This document shows, piece by piece, positions 39,853 through 44,888 of a stretch of 44,888 nucleotides of DNA. The notes under the pieces are model-generated. The model saw only the letters and a list, made by a program, of their open reading frames with translations. It had not been told where the DNA came from and made no database searches. The position numbers were made by a program, and so were the translations under genes. Source of the stretch: a virus; IMG/VR virus record IMGVR_UViG_3300035156_000094, positions 1-44,888 of that record. One strand, 5' to 3'. Position 1 is the first letter of the stretch, and the number at the start of each line of letters is the position of its first letter.

Positions 39853-42107
39853 TAGCGCCCCCAGGCCCACCAGTCGTAGCCGTCGAGCCGCTGATCGTCG
39901 TTTGTTGCCGCTTGTGTGGCGAAAACTGCCCCTGTCGTCGTCGGCTCGCCGATGTTCTGCATCCAGAGATCGCGCCTGTCGGAGAAGGCTAGAAGGAATG
40001 GCATCGCGCCGACCGCAAGCACTTGGTTTGGGAATGGCTTCGGAAAGGTCACGCCGATCGTGACTTCGTTGTTGATGAAGCCGCGGTAGCGACCGCCCTG
40101 CATGATCAGCCCGCCGGGCAACTCCTGATACCAGCCGTTCGGATCGAGGTTCTGGCGACCGACATCGGTGAAACGCTGCACCAGGGCACCATAGGTGATC
40201 GTGTCGGCGGTGAAGTTGGTCGCATAAACGGAATTGCCGATGATGCTGAACGGGTTGACCGTGCTTGCCCTGTTCGTGCTCAGGAAGCGGATCTCACTGG
40301 CGACCATTGCGATAGTCGATCGACGGGTGATCCCGTCTGCCATGACCGAGAAGGCACCAAACACGCCATCAGCTTCGGCTCGCAGGACCGCCTTGGCATA
40401 GCTCTGGCCGTCACCGATGAAGGCCTCCTGGAGGGAGGTCACCGCGGCGGTGACGCCGTCGCCAACCGCGCCGACCTCTGTCAGCTTCTGACCCAGCGTT
40501 TGCGTAGGGCTGACGCGAACCGCATTGAGGTCGAGGATGAACGCCGTGCCGTTCGCGTTCTTCGCCCCGAGCAGAGCCAGCGTGCTTGCTCCCGCGGTTT
40601 GTCCTTCCTCGATGCTATCGCGGAAGGAAAGGAACACGGTGCCGACCGGCTGGCCATCAACCAGGGTGCGGGCGTCGAAAACCTGTAGCAGCTGATCCTG
40701 CCGCAGCGCCTCCGCAAGGATGCTGTCGGTGTTGATGTCGAGCACATCAAGCGCACTACCAACGGTTCCGTTGGGTCCAAGCGGTGAGGCAGGATCTGCA
40801 CCGTTGGTTGCATTGTCGTCCGGCTTCGTGCCGTCTGGATCACCAATGTCGGGCCAGTCAGTCGAAGTCTTCAGCGGCGCGACCTTCGCTGCCGTGCTTA
40901 GCCCCTCAATCGACAGCGAGAGCTTGCTCACGTTCTCCCCGACCTCAATCGAGAAGTCCTTGAAGAACCCGTAGACGGTGAGGCTGTCCAGGCCGGCCTG
41001 CCCAATCCAGAGCGAGGGGCGGGCGCGCACAGCTGCGATGCGGTTGGCCACCACGTCTACGGCATCGGTGCGGATCAGCGCAGCTGCGGTCATGCGCTTT
41101 GCCCAGGCTCGCTGCACGACAGTGACCGCGCCGAAGTCGTCCACCACCTTGCGGCTATAGTCGGTGATGCCGGCTGTAGGCGACGCCTCGGTAATCCCTA
41201 GCGGCACCAGCTTGCCGATCAGCAGCGTGCCGACCGACAGCTGACCCGACCCGGCGATCGTTACAGTGACCGGGGCCGCGGCGCCCGGCAGATCAAGGAA
41301 CGTGATCGCGCCGCCCGTTGCGGCGATCGTGCGGTCATAGCCCGTAGTCTGCACCCGCACCGTGGCCGCGGTGAGGTCGAGAAGCGCGACGGCATCCACG
41401 GCCCCTGCGTTCAGCGTCACGCTGATCGGGCTGGCCGCAGCAGTCCCGGTGCCGAGCGCCTGATCGAACATTGCCCAGCGGTTCGTCGGCCCGGCGTCCA
41501 CCCACTTGCCGGTAGCGCCTGCGGGATCGTCGCCGAGGTTGCCCGCTATAACGCTCTCGTAGATCCGGTGAGCAGAAGCCTTCATCACCTGCGCGCCGCT
41601 CGGGTAGATGACCGTAGCCGACCATTCCGGCGCATCGTCCTCGGCGACGTTGCTCGCGGTAAGGACGGCGCCCGCTACGTCGACGGGTTGGAGAAGCTGC
41701 AACGTCGAGGGCTGACCGTCCGGTGCGGGGTCGCCACCGGGGTCCGCCAGCACCTCAGTTTCGGCCAGGCCTTCGATCGTCAGCGTGCAGTAGCTGATCG
41801 GCGCCGTGGCGAGATCGATCGAGAAATCCTTGTAGAACCCGCGCGACGACAGCCACGCGAAGCGGGCATCGGCAACCCAGCGGGCAGGCGTCGCGCGCAG
41901 GCCGGCAAGCCGGCGCTGCAACTGGTCCACGTCTTCGAAAGGCAGGGCGACGCGCAGCGACATGCGGCGCGAGAAGCCGCGCTCGACCACCGTAGTGACG
42001 CCGAAGTCGTCGGTGACGCGCCGTGAATAATCCGTGATGCCGATCGTTGGTCGCGTTTCCGTGACGCCGATCTCGAAAGAGCCGTCAGCGCCGGTTTCGA
42101 CGATCAT
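39852..42107 (-). CDS. Distal tail / hub-fibre fusion protein with a duplicated N-terminal domain and a gp53-like C-terminal fibre domain (751 aa)
   Basis: ATGA overlap with the tape measure stop. Residues 14-114 and 304-404 are clear paralogous repeats. The C-terminus VTFPKPFPNQVLAV...GAVFATQ...LDGYDWWAWGR resembles the tail fibre gp53-like C-terminal domain. Confidence 0.7.
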   Translation of the reverse strand: MIVETGADGSFEIGVTETRPTIGITDYSRRVTDDFGVTTVVERGFSRRMSLRVALPFEDVDQLQRRLAGLRATPARWVADARFAWLSSRGFYKDFSIDLATAPISYCTLTIEGLAETEVLADPGGDPAPDGQPSTLQLLQPVDVAGAVLTASNVAEDDAPEWSATVIYPSGAQVMKASAHRIYESVIAGNLGDDPAGATGKWVDAGPTNRWAMFDQALGTGTAAASPISVTLNAGAVDAVALLDLTAATVRVQTTGYDRTIAATGGAITFLDLPGAAAPVTVTIAGSGQLSVGTLLIGKLVPLGITEASPTAGITDYSRKVVDDFGAVTVVQRAWAKRMTAAALIRTDAVDVVANRIAAVRARPSLWIGQAGLDSLTVYGFFKDFSIEVGENVSKLSLSIEGLSTAAKVAPLKTSTDWPDIGDPDGTKPDDNATNGADPASPLGPNGTVGSALDVLDINTDSILAEALRQDQLLQVFDARTLVDGQPVGTVFLSFRDSIEEGQTAGASTLALLGAKNANGTAFILDLNAVRVSPTQTLGQKLTEVGAVGDGVTAAVTSLQEAFIGDGQSYAKAVLRAEADGVFGAFSVMADGITRRSTIAMVASEIRFLSTNRASTVNPFSIIGNSVYATNFTADTITYGALVQRFTDVGRQNLDPNGWYQELPGGLIMQGGRYRGFINNEVTIGVTFPKPFPNQVLAVGAMPFLLAFSDRRDLWMQNIGEPTTTGAVFATQAATNDDQRLDGYDWWAWGR

Positions 42108-44888
42108 GCGGCATTTCCGATGCTGATCGCCTGACCTGCATGGTCGGCCGTGATGTCGTCCAGGCGCTTATCGATGGACTCGGTGTTCTTCGCGATGTCG
42201 GCGTTGCCCTGATTATTGTCCTTTCGCAGCCCAGCAACCTCTTCGCGCAACGCCCGGATCTCAGCTTTCAGGTCGTCATTCGCAGCGGCTGGTGCCGATC
42301 CGGTCTGAGACGCGGCAGCCGCCGCAATCAGCGCTGCTGTCGGCGTGGGAGCCGCAGCCACTTGAGCAAGGGCGCTGATCGCGTTGAACGTGGTTTCGAG
42401 GCTGGCGGCGGTCTGCGCCTGGACGCGGTCAAGCTCCTGCCGGCTGGTCGCCTGAAGCGCAGCCGCATCGAGCAGCGCCTTCGACAGCTGCGGGAGGTTC
42501 TTTGCCGCGTCCTGATCGCCTGCGCGCGCCGCAGCGGTGGAGGCGTTGAACTGCCCCATCAGGGACGCGAAGCCCGCGCCGCCCGCTGTGTCGCTCAGCC
42601 CGCGGATGCGCTTGACCTCGTTCATGATCGTATCGCCGACCGACTTCCACGCATCGCGCAGCTGCTCGGCAGCCTTCGCCGCGGCCTGGGCATCCTCGAC
42701 CGCCCAGATCTGCTGCTGAAGCCCGCGGTTGCTGGCGTCGAGCTTGGCGAGATCGAGCGCGCGGATCGCCGCGGTGTCGCCGCGCAGCTCAAGCATCTTG
42801 CGCTCAAGATCCTGCCGCTCGGCCGCGACATCGGCCGCGCTGCGCGCGCCGTCCATCGCAGTCTGAAGATCGGCAAAGGCGGGCGCCAGCTTCAGCAGCG
42901 TCGCATAGGTCGACTGTCCGGCCGCGGAGGTCAGATCCTGCGCCTCAACGAGCTGGCGGAAGCCGGCGATCGAGGCGGGCATCGCAAGCCCCATGCTGCC
43001 GAGCGCCTTGCCCAGCTGCGCGGTCTTCGCTGCGGCCTGCTCTTCCTTGGAATAGTACGCCTGAAAATAGGCCTCGGCCGCGCTGGTCAGATCCGAGATG
43101 CTGTCGAACTGGTCGGCGAGGCCGAGCTTGGCCGCGATCCCCATGCCAGTCGCGCTTTGGCTCAGCATGTCGAGCGAGGTGCCAACCGCTTCGACAGTCG
43201 ACGCCACGCGGATCAGCGTCTCGAAGGTGCCCTCGCCGACCTTCTGGAACTGCTGAAGGCCGGGGAAGGCGGCGTTGGCCATGCCGTCCGCGGCGGCGCC
43301 GAACACGGCGCTCAACTTTTCCTCGATCTGCTCGCCGGTCAGGCCCTTCAAGTCGATCTTGCCGATGTTGACGACGAAGCCGTTAAGCCGGTTCTGCACC
43401 TCGGCAGTCGCGAGCCCCAGCGGCACCGCCGATGCGGCGATGGCGCTGCTGAACGACTTCAGGATCAGCGTGAACTGGTTTTCTAGTCCGGCGTCCGCGC
43501 CCGCGTACTGCGTCGAGGTCTTCGTGCTCGTCGTGATGCCGAACAGCTTCTTCTTCTTCTCTACGTCGGAATAGTAGGATGCGTCGAAGCCGTTCGCATT
43601 GATGCTGCCGACCGTCTGCGCGCCACCGTACAGGCCGTTGCCGATCACCGTCGTCTTCGAGCCGAACAGGCTGCCGAGGATGCCACCGATCACTGGGATC
43701 TTGCTCAGCACCGAGCCGATCGCGTCGGTCTTGAAGCCTTCCTTCACGTTGCCGGACGCATCGACGTTGCCGGCGCGCACGACGAGCGACGCGACGCCGC
43801 CGATCTGACTCTCGATCGACTTGAGCGAAGCCGCCATCTGCCGCGAGTAGGTGTTGGTCAGCAGATCGACCTCGCGCAGCGCGTCGATCGAGCGGCTGAT
43901 GCTCTCGGACTGCGCGCTCTTAGCGCCGAGCACGGTCCCGGTGCCGGTGTTGGTCACCGGCGCAGCCGCGGCGCCGCCACGCCCGCCGCCCATCACCGCA
44001 ATGCCGGCCGCGACCAGCGCGGCGCCGGTAGCAGCCATCGCGGCGATGTTGAACGGGAAGGGCAGCTTCGACTGGTTCGCGATGCCCTCGGTGCCGGCCG
44101 CGACCGACTTGGCGGCGCTGTTCGTCAGGAAGCCGAACGTCTCGGCGGCGTTCTGCACCATCGCCTGGATCGACATGGCCATCTGCGCGACGCGGTAGAC
44201 CTTCTCGACCGCCGCGAGCGTGCGATAGCCGGTCGAGCCTTCCTTGAAGAAGCCCTTCGCCGCCGATGCCATGTCGCCAAAGGCCTGCACCTGGGCGCCG
44301 GACGTGCGGAGCGCATAGCGCGCCTGCTCTGCCGCCATCGCCTTTTGATCGCCGTTGATCTTGGCCATCTTCGCGTTGTGGTCGGCGTCGAGGCGGGCGC
44401 GGTTGGCGCTGAAGCCGGCATAGATCGAGGCGAGGTCGCCGATCGCAGCGCCGGCCGGGCCGAAGGCGTCGGCCATGCCCTGCCCGGCCGACTGCACCTT
44501 GCCCGCGATGATGTCCCACTTGTCGGCGGTCGCGGTCAGGCTGTCGTTATATGCGTCCTGCGCCTGGGCGAGGGTCACTCCCTGCGCGGCGATGTCGCCC
44601 TGCTGCTTAACGTAGCTTTCCAGCTTGTCGGGATCGAGCCCCTTCCACGTCGAGGCTTCCTGCCGCGCCTTCAGCTCAGCCATGGAACGCGCACGCGCGA
44701 TGTCGGTCGCCCCGATCAGGCGGATCTCTTCGCGCATCTCGGCAAGCCGGTCGCTGCCCGCCGCCGTCGCGGCATTGTAGCGCGCGTCGGTTTCGGCATT
44801 GGTCAGCCGCACGCGAGCGTCGCGCTGGTCGTTCAGCGCAGCGGTGGCGCGCTTGACGGCTTCTTCCATCTCGGCCTGTCGACCGACC
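42104..44888 (-). CDS. Tail tape measure protein, 3' part (continues from 1..2469; 44762..44888 duplicates 1..127)
   Basis: The 921-aa track ORF starts at an internal Met (44869 = position 108). The frame is open to the window end and continuous with the minus-strand frame at 1..2469. Ala/Gln-rich helical composition typical of TMPs. Confidence 0.9.
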   Translation of the reverse strand, partial: VGRQAEMEEAVKRATAALNDQRDARVRLTNAETDARYNAATAAGSDRLAEMREEIRLIGATDIARARSMAELKARQEASTWKGLDPDKLESYVKQQGDIAAQGVTLAQAQDAYNDSLTATADKWDIIAGKVQSAGQGMADAFGPAGAAIGDLASIYAGFSANRARLDADHNAKMAKINGDQKAMAAEQARYALRTSGAQVQAFGDMASAAKGFFKEGSTGYRTLAAVEKVYRVAQMAMSIQAMVQNAAETFGFLTNSAAKSVAAGTEGIANQSKLPFPFNIAAMAATGAALVAAGIAVMGGGRGGAAAAPVTNTGTGTVLGAKSAQSESISRSIDALREVDLLTNTYSRQMAASLKSIESQIGGVASLVVRAGNVDASGNVKEGFKTDAIGSVLSKIPVIGGILGSLFGSKTTVIGNGLYGGAQTVGSINANGFDASYYSDVEKKKKLFGITTSTKTSTQYAGADAGLENQFTLILKSFSSAIAASAVPLGLATAEVQNRLNGFVVNIGKIDLKGLTGEQIEEKLSAVFGAAADGMANAAFPGLQQFQKVGEGTFETLIRVASTVEAVGTSLDMLSQSATGMGIAAKLGLADQFDSISDLTSAAEAYFQAYYSKEEQAAAKTAQLGKALGSMGLAMPASIAGFRQLVEAQDLTSAAGQSTYATLLKLAPAFADLQTAMDGARSAADVAAERQDLERKMLELRGDTAAIRALDLAKLDASNRGLQQQIWAVEDAQAAAKAAEQLRDAWKSVGDTIMNEVKRIRGLSDTAGGAGFASLMGQFNASTAAARAGDQDAAKNLPQLSKALLDAAALQATSRQELDRVQAQTAASLETTFNAISALAQVAAAPTPTAALIAAAAASQTGSAPAAANDDLKAEIRALREEVAGLRKDNNQGNADIAKNTESIDKRLDDITADHAGQAISIGNAA
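44762..44888. repeat. Terminal overlap copy B, identical to 1..127
   Basis: Same 127-nt string as positions 1..127. This is typical of a circular contig reported with a k-mer overlap. Confidence 0.95.

Larger units (their letters stand above)
1..44761. mobile_element. Complete circular genome unit of a temperate HK97-like siphovirus / excised prophage
   Basis: A full complement is present: integrase, CI-like repressor, replication, packaging, head, tail and lysis genes. A 127-bp identical terminal overlap closes the circle, and the tape measure ORF is continuous across the junction. Confidence 0.85.

Overview
The window is a complete, circularly closed genome of a temperate HK97-like siphovirus or excised prophage. 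G+C is high: hand-sampled lines give about 62-66%, and this needs recomputing. Several proteins look alphaproteobacterial, including an RcGTA-type spike base protein, so a sphingomonad- or rhodobacter-like host is a guess. The first and last 127 bp are identical, so the real unit is 44,761 bp. The linearisation point cuts the tape measure gene, which I hand-translated as open from 2469 to 1 on the minus strand and in frame with 42104..44869.

Layout:
- (i) One very long leftward (minus-strand) gene array starts at a cro-like gene (18327). It runs through primase, a DUF3987 helicase-like gene, an iteron array, a zinc-ribbon gene and a NusG/RfaH-like factor. It continues through HNH, a candidate cos region, terS, terL, portal, ClpP-like protease, HK97 capsid, head-tail joining genes, tail tube, G/GT-type chaperones and the tape measure gene.
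- It then crosses the junction into a tail hub/fibre, a tail spike, the lysis genes, YegP, a GTA-like spike base plus a GH26-like fibre, a lipoprotein and a secreted glycoside hydrolase.
- (ii) A rightward array holds a CI-like S24 repressor (18410-18982) and then 15 small genes (19137-24582). Every junction in that run is a 4-nt ATGA/GTGA overlap. The run includes a KcsA-like K+ channel and ends in an AlpA-type excisionase-like gene convergent with a P4-type integrase.
- (iii) An attP-like AT-richer gap with ATACCATG repeats lies upstream of int.
- (iv) A cargo island (26.2-31 kb) carries a standalone HIRAN protein, a small XRE-containing operon, an unknown 287-aa protein paired with a D12 adenine methyltransferase, and an OafA-like acyltransferase.

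No tRNA, rRNA or CRISPR array was found. Most long plus-strand ORFs over the structural region are antisense shadow ORFs typical of high-GC DNA. All functional calls rest on motif recognition by eye and gene order. No database search was run.
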